Of a DNA stretch of 64,000 bases, positions 18,255 through 27,362 are shown one piece after another; the first letter of the stretch is position 1; every line of letters begins with the position of its first letter. The stretch lies in contig OZ252100.1 of the NCBI GenBank assembly GCA_965248435.1, forward strand, positions 1,184,001-1,248,000, in the 5' to 3' direction. Source of the DNA: Candidatus Latescibacterota bacterium. Its GTDB lineage: Bacteria; Latescibacterota; UBA2968; GCA-2709665. The translations under genes were made by a program, and so were the position numbers. The notes under the pieces are model-generated. The model did no database searches. It had not been told where the DNA came from and worked only from the letters and a program-made list of their open reading frames with translations.

Positions 18255-20450
18255 ATGAACTCTTACACTCTGATTCCAAATGCAAAGATTCTAAGGAAAG
18301 CAGTTCCTGTTACTTCATCTCTAGAACAAAGAGTGAAGGCCACGCAGGTTGAGAAGCTGTCTGACCTTAAAGGGATTGTGAAGTCACTCGGCCAGGACCT
18401 TCAGCAGAGAACAATTCTCTACGGTCGCATTCTTTCAAAGCTGGAAGAATCGATTGTGAGGATTGATAACGAAATCCTACAAGGAGAAAAAGGTAGGGAA
18501 GGTGACCTGACGAGGGTAGCGATTGAGAAATTGAAGGAGCGGCAGAGAGCTTTCAAAGACATCATCCATATCAAAGGACAGATACGGCACTACGCTTTGG
18601 CCTATAAGGATTTGGGCAGGGCTGTTTCTCTTCTTCCAAGTTCTTATCTAAATCGACAACTCATCGAAGATTTGAAGCCAGTGATCGGTTTGCCGGCCGA
18701 TTTGCTGAAGCTGAACTACGATTTCAAAACTCAAGAAACCATCCTTCTCCAACCGCCAACGCCGGAGCAGTGCGAGGGAGAGTTTTCCTTGGGTCAGGTG
18801 ATGTATGATGACAAGGAACTGGGGAGAGAGTTCGGGTTAAGCAGAGAGGATTTTACGAAACATCTCTTAGTCTGTGGCGAGAGCGGAAGTGGTAAGACCA
18901 CATTCATCCGTCATATGCTGAAGCAGCTCATTGACAAGGTCCCATTTTGCGTGTTTGACTTCAAAAGAGACTACAGAGGACTTGCGCAACATCCTGAAGT
19001 TGAGGTTATCAGATGGGAGCAGCTTACCTTTAATCCCCTCCGTCCACCTGGGCCTCTGATTGAATGGCTCCAGAATTTCAGTGATGCCCTATCCCAAGAC
19101 AGTGCCTTGATGATTGGTTCCAGAGGCTTCTTGCTAGAACAGTTGGTCTCTGTTGTGAGGCAATTCAAGGAGGGACTTCCGAGCTTGAGGGATCTACTGA
19201 CACTCCTGAATACTCTCAAAATTTCCGGCTTCTATAGGGAGGCGTCCTACCTGTCCGTGGTCAAGAATCGTCTAAGGACTCTCTGGATTCAGCTACCCAA
19301 GACAGTTGGTTGTAGAGAAGGTTTTCAACTAGAATCTTTGCTTGGCAAGAATGTCATTTTGGAACTGGACGGACTTGGCATTGAGGCCCAGAACTTCCTC
19401 GTCACCACCATACTTTCCTGGATTTACCTGTATAGGATGGCTCGACACCAGAGAGGTAAGTTGAGGCACGTCTTGGTTTTGGATGAGGCCAAGAGAATCT
19501 TCGATCGCAACAAGGAGCTGAGGCCTGCCGAGGGTGTTCCTCAGATAGATATTCTAACTTCCAGAGTAAGAGAGTTTGGAGAAGCCTTGCTGGTGAGCGA
19601 CCAGGAGCCAGTGGCCCTGACGAATTCCATCAAAGCAAACTCTTATACGAAAGTGTGTTTGAGGCTGGGCAACGGCAAGGACATTGAAGACTTTGCAAAA
19701 GCAATGAGCCTGAACAGAAGGGACTTCATCTCTAAGCTTAAGACCGGGCAAGCCATTGTCAGAGTAGACGGACTCAATCCTTTTCTTGTCAATATTCCAT
19801 TTGTGAAAGCCGAAGCCGATTTCACCCCAAACAACCGTTTTCAGCCTGTTTCTAAACCGATTTCTCCGATTTCACCTCCAGATAAATTATCTCTTGTTGA
19901 TAGGACCTTTCTATTAGACATCGTCAGTTCTCCACTTGCAAGCGTGACTCAACGATACCAACGACTCAAAACTAACCCAAGAGAAGGCAACCAGAGGAAA
20001 AGAAAACTCATTGAACAAGAATTCATCAAGGAGGTGAGTATTGTTGATGGCAGGAAAATTCTGTTTTTGGAGCTAACTCCGAAAGGAGCTTTATCCCTTG
20101 GCAGAAATCCGAGAAGGGGCTGGAGAGAAGGCGGGATTGAGCATCAGTATTGGAGAGGAAAAGCAGCTCAACATTATCTCAAGGAAAGCTATAAAGTAGA
20201 GGAAGAAGTGTCTGTTGGCGAAGGAAAGAAACTGGATGTCGTAGTTGAGAAACAGGGGAAGAAAGTAGCCATTCAGGTTGAAACAGGAAAGTCTGACATC
20301 AAGCAAAATATAGAGAACGCTCTTAATGCTGGCTGCTCTTCTGTCATCTGCATTCCAACAAATCCGGAGGCAAGAAAAATCATTACAGGAATTGTTAAAG
20401 CATTCTATCCTGCTCCTGTTTTTCTCAAACTTCCACAAACTCTGAGATAG
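18255..20450 (+). CDS. HerA/DUF87 (FtsK-HerA superfamily) ATPase with C-terminal winged-helix and PD-(D/E)xK-like nuclease domain
   Basis: HLLVCGESGSGKT, FDFKRDY, VLVLDEAK, REFG...DQEP, and C-terminal EHQY...EEEV...LDVVVEK...AIQVETG. Confidence 0.85.
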   Translation: MNSYTLIPNAKILRKAVPVTSSLEQRVKATQVEKLSDLKGIVKSLGQDLQQRTILYGRILSKLEESIVRIDNEILQGEKGREGDLTRVAIEKLKERQRAFKDIIHIKGQIRHYALAYKDLGRAVSLLPSSYLNRQLIEDLKPVIGLPADLLKLNYDFKTQETILLQPPTPEQCEGEFSLGQVMYDDKELGREFGLSREDFTKHLLVCGESGSGKTTFIRHMLKQLIDKVPFCVFDFKRDYRGLAQHPEVEVIRWEQLTFNPLRPPGPLIEWLQNFSDALSQDSALMIGSRGFLLEQLVSVVRQFKEGLPSLRDLLTLLNTLKISGFYREASYLSVVKNRLRTLWIQLPKTVGCREGFQLESLLGKNVILELDGLGIEAQNFLVTTILSWIYLYRMARHQRGKLRHVLVLDEAKRIFDRNKELRPAEGVPQIDILTSRVREFGEALLVSDQEPVALTNSIKANSYTKVCLRLGNGKDIEDFAKAMSLNRRDFISKLKTGQAIVRVDGLNPFLVNIPFVKAEADFTPNNRFQPVSKPISPISPPDKLSLVDRTFLLDIVSSPLASVTQRYQRLKTNPREGNQRKRKLIEQEFIKEVSIVDGRKILFLELTPKGALSLGRNPRRGWREGGIEHQYWRGKAAQHYLKESYKVEEEVSVGEGKKLDVVVEKQGKKVAIQVETGKSDIKQNIENALNAGCSSVICIPTNPEARKIITGIVKAFYPAPVFLKLPQTLR

Positions 20451-20743
20451 CTCTCACAAATCTAACAATTTCTATCCTATTGAATTAGTGTTAACGCTTG
20501 GGCTTTCCAGACCTTTTCTTCTCTTCTTCTAAATCAATACACTCCTGAAACATACGGAGGAGTTTTTTGCAAGATCCACATACTCACAATCAAATGGCAC
20601 CTGCATTGAAATTATGCCCTACCTTCACTTGTAGCATTTCCTTGCTTTAGGGAGAACTGCTATGGAGGACTCCCGCCGGTGGGTAGGGTAGGTCAATCCC
20701 CATTGACTCTCCCTTTTGGTAGGTGTTGGGGAAACACTAAATG

Positions 20744-20781
20744 TGATACAAAGGAGTCCGCGCTCGAATGCCTTTGTATCA
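20744..20781. repeat. 11-bp perfect inverted repeat
   Basis: TGATACAAAGG / CCTTTGTATCA between convergent genes. Confidence 0.6.
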
Positions 20782-20919
20782 TAAACGCAAAAATCAATGT
20801 CCAGGCTATGGTAATACCTGACAGTGCCATCAGTAGCTCATTCGCTCAGGATTGTGTGACCATTTAGAACCTTGATTATTGCTACACTTGCTGAAAGCCA
20901 GGCCAGATAGGTCTCCAAA

Positions 20920-22212
20920 CTATCCCAATACTCCCCTAAGCCACAAAAGAAATCTTTGTAACAAAACTGGTTCTACGCATTGATCGTCTACACATAAATT
21001 GCTGCTACATTCATAACTGTTATTACAAGGTATGTCCGCACCGAACTGCTGCTTGAATTGTTTATCAATATCGCAAAACTCATTTTCAATCCTTACCCCG
21101 ATTGGGATGCAATCATTATAACCGCAACATCCCTCACAGATAGGCTCTGCCATACAAGCACCATCTTTGCACCCATAGGGACACTCATAAGGTTCGCCCT
21201 TAAGCCTATCATCATCACCGCACCAATGCTCAGTTAATGTTATGCCATCCTCCTGGCAAGAATCTGTGAATGGATTTACAGCGCTCACGTCGTAAGTAAA
21301 GCCTTTGACATAATAATCTTTTCCCCCATCTGAATCGCTACATTTATCTGTTTCCTGAATGCAAGCACCCTCTTTACACCCATAGGGACACTCATAAGGT
21401 TCGCCCTTAAGCCTATCATCATCACCGCACCAATGCTCCATAACTCTCTTATCACTTAGATTTCCCTCAGGATAATCTCTTAAGCATCTATCAATAAAGG
21501 GTTTCGTACCCCCCTTGTCATATGTGGAGCCTTTCATGTAGTAACTCCTTCCTCCATCATCATCTCTACAACTCAAGACGTATTTATCCATAACCTCCCC
21601 GATTATCAATGCTTGTTCTTCAGGGTCCGCAAATTGCAATTTTCCAGAATTCAAGTCAGTATAAAAAATGGCCGTATTTGATCCATCTTGAAACAGAAAG
21701 ATGTGTTTTGTTTTTACGATGTCTTGTCGTAATCCTGTAGACTCATCTATAGAATAGATGCTAACTTCTCCTTCCAAGGATTGAAGACTGAATCCCTTAA
21801 TCGATGTATAAGCCTCCCATCCAGCAACATCGCTTAAATCGATAGAAGGATGAAAGCTCAATAAATACGGCGCAGCATATCCATCATCTTTGAACTTCAG
21901 TGTTTGTTGAGCAGAATCTGCAAATTTGAATCTATTGGTATCGACATCCTTATAGAAGATTCCTAGATCCTTTTCATCTTCATATACCAAAACACTACGT
22001 GTTCTTACACCTTCTTCTACAAGCTGTATTGCATTTGCTTCATTGGTTTGAACAATGAACGAGCTAGATGATGAATGATCTTCCCATCCTGGCGAATCGC
22101 TTAAATCGGCAGAAGGATCATACTTCATTCTATAAGAGATTGCCTCCACCAAGCTAGGTACATTTAGAACGAATATAAATACCACAAGTAGGGATAAACG
22201 TGTCAGTTTCAC
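20920..22212 (-). CDS. Secreted Cys-rich surface protein with CxDxDGG repeats (DPANN-like)
   Basis: Signal peptide; CRDDDGGRSYYMKG and CSDSDGGKDYYVKG repeats; C-terminal CNNSYECSSNLC...LLQRFLLWLRGVLG. Confidence 0.8.
   Translation of the reverse strand: MKLTRLSLLVVFIFVLNVPSLVEAISYRMKYDPSADLSDSPGWEDHSSSSSFIVQTNEANAIQLVEEGVRTRSVLVYEDEKDLGIFYKDVDTNRFKFADSAQQTLKFKDDGYAAPYLLSFHPSIDLSDVAGWEAYTSIKGFSLQSLEGEVSIYSIDESTGLRQDIVKTKHIFLFQDGSNTAIFYTDLNSGKLQFADPEEQALIIGEVMDKYVLSCRDDDGGRSYYMKGSTYDKGGTKPFIDRCLRDYPEGNLSDKRVMEHWCGDDDRLKGEPYECPYGCKEGACIQETDKCSDSDGGKDYYVKGFTYDVSAVNPFTDSCQEDGITLTEHWCGDDDRLKGEPYECPYGCKDGACMAEPICEGCCGYNDCIPIGVRIENEFCDIDKQFKQQFGADIPCNNSYECSSNLCVDDQCVEPVLLQRFLLWLRGVLG
21170..21438. 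repeat. Exact 62-bp intragenic direct repeat
   Basis: 21170-21231 is identical to 21377-21438 (encodes EHWCGDDDRLKGEPYECPYG). Confidence 0.9.
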
Positions 22213-22232
22213 TACTTGAGGAGAGAGGGTAG

Positions 22233-22248
22233 TATTTATACATCTTTT
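22233..22248 (-). promoter_or_regulatory. Archaeal-type TATA promoter
   Basis: AAAAGATG-TATAAATA, with the box starting 28 nt before the GTG start and no SD. Confidence 0.55.
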
Positions 22249-22364
22249 GGTGTGAATCTTTGATAGGAGAACTCATAACAGATCCGGAGTGAAGGGAATG
22301 GTTTAGGTTAAGGCCCTGTCAATTTTGAGCAAAAATCACGAGTCGTCTCGAGTTAGTCATTAGG

Positions 22365-23339
22365 TTAGTTCTGTATTAGGCATCGAATACCGAATTCAGG
22401 CGCGAATATGAGAAAGTCCTGAAAATCTATCTTGCAGTCTCCGGTGCTTTTGGCCGGGTATATATCGTACCTTTGGTCGTAGTTAGCGTCTCCACAAGCT
22501 GAATCGTAGGCATCCACAAACTCGAGAAAATCCCAAAAATCGACATAGTGATCTCCATTAAAATCAGACACTGGACATGATTCAAGTTTTAGTGACTCCT
22601 CTTCTGAGATGGCATCTTGTTCAAATGGAAATGGACCTACCCAAACCACCTCGACAAGTTTGATATCGGTGCTAACATCCGAAAAGCTATTCTCGTCCGC
22701 ATTGGGAAATCGATCGGATGCCACAAATGTTACTACTCCAAGCAATCCACTTGTATCTGATGGGGATTTCTCTTGTGCTAATACCTCTCCGGAAATTTCA
22801 ACCGTACCTGTATCTGTTTTTTGGGATAAGAAGCTCATATTATCACCAAAGTAATTTGGCTCCGAACCAAAATTTGGTTGACCATCTTGATAACTCATTG
22901 CTACTGGATCGTACACGAGTCTTACGACATATTTCGTAAGGTAATCTGGAGTGCAATGGTCTGCATACACAGCAATATTGATGGAATCTTCTGCCTTAAT
23001 GCTTTTGAGCGAGCCTAGATTTTGATTATTATTGTGAGCTACGTCTGCATCAAACACAGTCCGACCTTGAGAATTTCTGGTTTGTTGAACCTGGAATCCA
23101 GAAGATAGTATGACCGTATTATTAGGATCAAAGGCAGATCCGCCAGGAGGTGACGGCTGCCCAACGCAATCTTGTATCTTGTAATTGTCAGAGCTGCCCG
23201 TATTACTCCCGGCTTGAGACAGAACATCAAGAATGAGTTTGTAGGAATTATTCTGTGCGTGGACCATCCTGGTAGACATAAGGAAGGCAAACAGGCCGGT
23301 CAGAATGAAAAACGCATAGGTGATTGGTCGCACTTTCAT
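22365..23339 (-). CDS. Secreted protein with cohesin-like domain and C-terminal dockerin/EF-hand-like repeat
   Basis: Signal peptide; VRLVYDP...LLGVVTF beta-sandwich; DFNGDHYVDFWDFLEFVDAY...KIDFQDFLIFAPEFG. Confidence 0.75.
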   Translation of the reverse strand: MKVRPITYAFFILTGLFAFLMSTRMVHAQNNSYKLILDVLSQAGSNTGSSDNYKIQDCVGQPSPPGGSAFDPNNTVILSSGFQVQQTRNSQGRTVFDADVAHNNNQNLGSLKSIKAEDSINIAVYADHCTPDYLTKYVVRLVYDPVAMSYQDGQPNFGSEPNYFGDNMSFLSQKTDTGTVEISGEVLAQEKSPSDTSGLLGVVTFVASDRFPNADENSFSDVSTDIKLVEVVWVGPFPFEQDAISEEESLKLESCPVSDFNGDHYVDFWDFLEFVDAYDSACGDANYDQRYDIYPAKSTGDCKIDFQDFLIFAPEFGIRCLIQN

Positions 23340-23372
23340 CTTTTTCTCTCTTTGTCTTAGATATTATGGATA

Positions 23373-24770
23373 TCATTTCCGAACTGCTCGATGCTCCTCT
23401 TCTATTGAATACTCCAGTCTTCGGGTTTCATATCCTTTTCGCTTAGCTGCTACCTCCCAGTTCAAGGTTGCATCCGAAGTTCCTTTTACAAGTTCTTTAA
23501 CCGTAAAGCTACTTTGGGTGGTTTCAGAAACAAAAATACCATTACAATCCGCAGTAAGAGTAACTTGTACTAAGATTGGATAATCTTCATCAATAGTGAC
23601 TGTCTCTAGGAATATAGGATCCAGATTGACAGTTATCTGGCCATTCACAAGTCGAGCTTGACCTCTGTCAAAGAAAAAGACTTCGGTAGATTCATCGGCA
23701 TAAGTTATGCGCTTACCAAAAGATTTGGTTTCCACAACTGCATTTTTCGTTCCAGTTGCTGTAAAATAACCATCAACATACAGACCAGGCATAGTTGAAG
23801 TAGTGTTGCCAATTCGGACAGTGTAGTTAGTGCTGCTGGAGTTGTCAAATCTGCCAGCTACACCATCTGCTTCATTAACGCCTCTGATGCCTGGATTATT
23901 TCCATCCGCATAAGAACGTCCAAGTATTGCTGTGGCATTTTCACTTCTTCCATAAAACGCATTTCCGGACCCATCATTACGCACTATCAATATATATCCA
24001 TCCAAGCTGCCACTGATCGTACTCCCTGGCGCAATTTCTGCAGGGTCACCTTTGTCACCTTTATCTCCAGGGTCACCCTTGTTCCCTTTAGGTATGCCGA
24101 ATGCAAAACTTAACATACTGTCGGCCAAATCTACAGAGACTGTAGCTGAGTCACTAGCCCCAAGATTATTGGTCGCAGTAACCCTAGCTGATGTAACTCC
24201 TGGTGGGCCAGGGTCACCCTTAATACCTGGCGATCCGGCAATTCCTGCATCTCCTTTTAGCCCTTGAGGTATTCCGAAACTAAAGACCAGAACACTATCT
24301 ACGAAAGCCACTGAGGCCGTAGCTGAATCTCCAGGCGAAAGAGTTTCAGTCTCTGTCACCTTTGCTGTATTAATACCCCCAGCTGCTCCCCCAGGTGTGC
24401 GAAAGGCGTACGCAACAGTAGCAAGCATACGGCGAGGGCGAATCTCCGGTTCAGATCCTATCTGTATGCCAAGGTAGCGATTTGGATCCCTGAAGAGACT
24501 GCTATCTAGAGGATTCTTGATTCCCAACAACACACCGAACAATCCATTTACTACTGATACTTCTTGAGTTTCGGTCCAAAGTTCCTGTCCCTCTTCCGCA
24601 TTATCATATATCCGGAAATTCATACTGAACAATCCATTCAATGGCTTGTCATTAGTGTCAGTCAAGCGCCCTTGATAGTTCATTACAGAGGGAACATCCG
24701 AATTCGCGGTAGAGCTAATCCCTAAAAGAATAAAGGGAAGCATCCAAGAGATTTTGCACCCGATTTTCAT
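23373..24770 (-). CDS. Secreted collagen-like / fibre-like protein
   Basis: Signal peptide; VPSVMNYQGRLTD N-terminal domain; Gly-X-Y runs (GDPGDKGDKGD); C-terminal TKNAVV...ESTEVFFFDRG chaperone-like domain. Confidence 0.8.
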   Translation of the reverse strand: MKIGCKISWMLPFILLGISSTANSDVPSVMNYQGRLTDTNDKPLNGLFSMNFRIYDNAEEGQELWTETQEVSVVNGLFGVLLGIKNPLDSSLFRDPNRYLGIQIGSEPEIRPRRMLATVAYAFRTPGGAAGGINTAKVTETETLSPGDSATASVAFVDSVLVFSFGIPQGLKGDAGIAGSPGIKGDPGPPGVTSARVTATNNLGASDSATVSVDLADSMLSFAFGIPKGNKGDPGDKGDKGDPAEIAPGSTISGSLDGYILIVRNDGSGNAFYGRSENATAILGRSYADGNNPGIRGVNEADGVAGRFDNSSSTNYTVRIGNTTSTMPGLYVDGYFTATGTKNAVVETKSFGKRITYADESTEVFFFDRGQARLVNGQITVNLDPIFLETVTIDEDYPILVQVTLTADCNGIFVSETTQSSFTVKELVKGTSDATLNWEVAAKRKGYETRRLEYSIEEEHRAVRK

Positions 24771-24920
24771 CGTTACCTCCTTGTTATGACCGCGTGTCGC
24801 AAGTCAGAGAAACAGTACGATTTGAAAACGCCTGTTTTTCATCTTCCAGTCCTCCTGCTATTCCGCGAATATCCAAATTCTTCTTCCGACACAAACCACC
24901 AAAATTTTCGCCACTAAACA

Positions 24921-25241
24921 TTACCCTGGATTCACTCTAAACTTTGTTTGTGTGCGACCTTCCTGCGCTTGTTTCTTCTCCTTCAAATTCGAAGCTAGGT
25001 CCTTTTCTTCCAGCTCTAGATCTTGAACTACTTTTCGCAAGCTCTGCACTTCCTGCTCTGATCCCTGCACTTCACTTTCCAACTCGAGGGTTTTAGCCTC
25101 AAAATCTATTGTTCTAGCTCTGCAATCTATAATCTTCAGTTTTAGCTCACTTACTTCCTGTAATCCATCCCGTATTACTTTCACGGCAAGCCCAATCCCA
25201 ATAACAATCAAGCCAACCAGAAATAGTTCCATCTCTGCCAT
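24921..25241 (-). CDS. Single-TM coiled-coil protein
   Basis: N-terminal hydrophobic helix followed by a heptad-rich charged region. Confidence 0.65.
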   Translation of the reverse strand: MAEMELFLVGLIVIGIGLAVKVIRDGLQEVSELKLKIIDCRARTIDFEAKTLELESEVQGSEQEVQSLRKVVQDLELEEKDLASNLKEKKQAQEGRTQTKFRVNPG

Positions 25242-25605
25242 TCTCTATACCTTGCCTTTGAGTTCCTTTGCCTCTTTCAGTAGTTCTTGCTGTTCAGCAG
25301 CTTTAGCCTTCTCCTTCTTTTCTTGAGCAGAATAACCACCAAGCATTTTGTCAAAGCGACCGATATGTTTTTCAATCGTTGACTTCTTTGCACTAAGCTG
25401 TCTTTTCTCCGCTTGGAGAAGTTTCTGTTTGCCTTCTATTCATTTCCATCTTGGCTGCTTCCAACAGTGTTTTTTCTTGCTTTAGTTTTCTCTCCGAACT
25501 CTTCGTTTTTAGGGCAAGAACGAACTTTCCGATTAAGCATGCTAGAATTGCACCAAATGCAAGAATCTCCATACTTCATCTCCATTACATCAGTTCTACA
25601 AAAGT

Positions 25606-25785
25606 TTAGGATTGCTCTTTAGGTCTTTTCCTTAAACTAGAAATAGGCAGTGATGTCATCGTTTTGTCCTGCATTACCAAAGTTGCACTATCACCTTTAA
25701 TAGAAACCACTTACCAAGGCCCCCAATGAGTGTCATCCTCATCAACGAATTCAACAAAGTGCCCAGGTTTCAGCTCAGTTGTCAT
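25606..25785 (-). pseudogene. Small SH3/KOW-like gene, copy 1, with in-frame TAA
   Basis: MTTELKPGHFVEFVDEDDTHWGPW*VVSIKGDSATLVMQDKTMTSLPISSLRK; the paralog at 36900-37065 has AAA at the stop position. Confidence 0.6.
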
Positions 25786-25889
25786 AGTTGCTTTATTCCT
25801 TCTCTAGCAGCTCCCCTGTGACACCAGCCTGATTTCACCAGCACAAATTCTCCGCCATCCATATCCACACAGAGCCTCTACAAACTAGA

Positions 25890-25929
25890 AGACCAGAGGC
25901 ATCGCCATCCTCACAGAAACGCCCCCGGC
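25890..25929 (-). repeat. Hairpin repeat X, degenerate copy
   Basis: AGACCAGAGGCATCGCCATCCTCACAGAAACGCCCCCGGC; similar to 26406-26464 and 37541-37604. Confidence 0.7.
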
Positions 25930-26405
25930 GTTTGCAACCCGGCAAAGGGATCTCTGTTCCAGACTGCTTAAAGGAAGGGACTGAAAATGTACAATCAGCA
26001 GGTTGCAAAGCGCAACTCCAAAGACGAATTACAGAAGAAGAATTGATTAACGAATGTTCAGGAATCCGCACCTTTGTACTGCAATGTGCACAAGCCCAGT
26101 GGATTGAACCTCCTGAGGACGGATGTCAACTTCAGACACAAATTAGAAGTCAGCTCAAACCGCAATAAATGCCAACCTAGAGGCTCAGAGTTTGCGGATG
26201 GCTATATTCTTTGGCTTTGCGGAAAGCTGCTCGATATAGGTCTCTAATACATTTCGGCATCCCAACTTAGTTCCCTCCTCTCCCCCGAACTCTCGTCTAT
26301 TCTCCTGGCCATCTTATCAACCCATATACAACAACGATGATGCCAACAACTACCAGCACGATAAAAACTGTGTATCATCCATTCTTGAACGCCTAAAAAA
26401 CTGAA

Positions 26406-26464
26406 ACCGGAGACGCCGCCATCCTATAAATAGAAACGCCTCCGGCCACCCCCGACCCGCCCAA
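26406..26464 (-). repeat. Hairpin repeat X
   Basis: On the minus strand, CCGGAGGCG...CGTCTCCGG forms a stem (one G-U pair) followed by a U-rich run. Confidence 0.75.
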
Positions 26465-26604
26465 TGGCAAGCAAGCAAGGCTGTTTCAAAAGTGAAACAA
26501 AAAAGCTCAGCTTAGTGCTCGATCTTCGCAAATCAATCATCAGTTCAATATTAGCAACAACTTACCAAGTGTTCGAGTATCTGCACTCTTGTTCTAAAAT
26601 CTGC

Positions 26605-26707
26605 ACAAAGAAAAAGGCGCCAGCTCTCCGAAAGCCAGCGCCTCAGACCTGACCAAGGGTCTCTTGCCACTGCACTATTCTTATCGTCTGTAGTTCTTGA
26701 GTATTGA
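26605..26707 (-). ncRNA. Repeat Y: sigma28-type promoter, short leader and intrinsic terminator (candidate sRNA)
   Basis: TCAA-N15-GACGATAA, then AGTGGCAAGAGACCCTTG, then GGCGCTGGCT...AGCTGGCGCC-TTTTT. Confidence 0.55.
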
Positions 26708-26820
26708 ATGCTAATCTCCTAAGCAACTTCTGATGATTGGAGTAATAAGGAAATCTGAAATTGCATCGATTCTCATAAGCAAGCTCGAACATCTACCTTT
26801 TCTGTATAGTTCATATTGAA

Positions 26821-27336
26821 CTATCCGAGAGATCCCTCTAGTGTGTATACGAATTCAGTTTCCTTTTTTGAGAGCTTAGATCCCTCGATCTTTTCTGACA
26901 ATTGCTTGTCCACATTTCCAAGGCGTTCACATAGCAGCTCAACAATGTTCCTCAGCGCCTTGACTTCCAGACTTTGATTTTCACTGAATAAAGCGCTCAA
27001 CTTTGCCCTGGAAATAACAAGGCCGCTGGATTTCTCCGACGCTAGCACGTTAGCAGTTCTTGGCTGACCTGTCAGCACTCCCATCTCTCCAGTAGAAGTC
27101 CCAGGAACAATCTCGCCAAGAATAGAACCCGAGTTTGATGTTACCCTTAATTTTCCTTGAAGGAGTATCAACATCTCATCACTCTCCGCTCCTTCTTTGT
27201 ATATCATTTCTCCTGATTGAAGAGATTTGTAATCGCTTATGGTCACAATGAACTCTACCTCTTTGGGTGTGAAATTTCTAAAGACTCTGATTTTTTTGAT
27301 AATTGGCAGTAGACGTCTGTGCAATTCTGGATCCAT
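26821..27336 (-). CDS. Cyclic-nucleotide-binding domain protein
   Basis: IYKEG...MLILLQGKLRV...GEMGVLTGQPRTANV cNMP motif; no HTH. Confidence 0.9.
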   Translation of the reverse strand: MDPELHRRLLPIIKKIRVFRNFTPKEVEFIVTISDYKSLQSGEMIYKEGAESDEMLILLQGKLRVTSNSGSILGEIVPGTSTGEMGVLTGQPRTANVLASEKSSGLVISRAKLSALFSENQSLEVKALRNIVELLCERLGNVDKQLSEKIEGSKLSKKETEFVYTLEGSLG

Positions 27337-27362
27337 TCAGGGTCTATGTTCTTTTTTAAGGC

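Larger units (their letters stand above)
9628..20450. mobile_element. Archaeal-type integrative/conjugative-like element core; boundaries not defined
   Basis: Integrase, HerA-like ATPase, RadC, DUF2958, methylase-like gene, TA pair and OB-fold gene cluster together, with archaeal promoters. Confidence 0.7.

Noticed and set aside
9628-20450. Complete provirus
   Set aside because: No capsid, terminase, portal or tail genes recognised.
20670-20712. Possible tRNA 5'-half remnant (GGGTAGGGTAGGTCAATCCC) as an att site after the ATPase gene
   Set aside because: No T-arm (GTTCRA) or acceptor-stem partner found, and no second copy in the window.
21170-21438. Diversity-generating retroelement template/variable repeat pair
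   Set aside because: The copies are identical with no adenine-specific mismatches, and there is no reverse transcriptase in the window.
25245-25600. Lys/Glu-rich coiled-coil-like reading on the minus strand
   Set aside because: No clean start and fragmented frames; possibly a remnant but not supportable.
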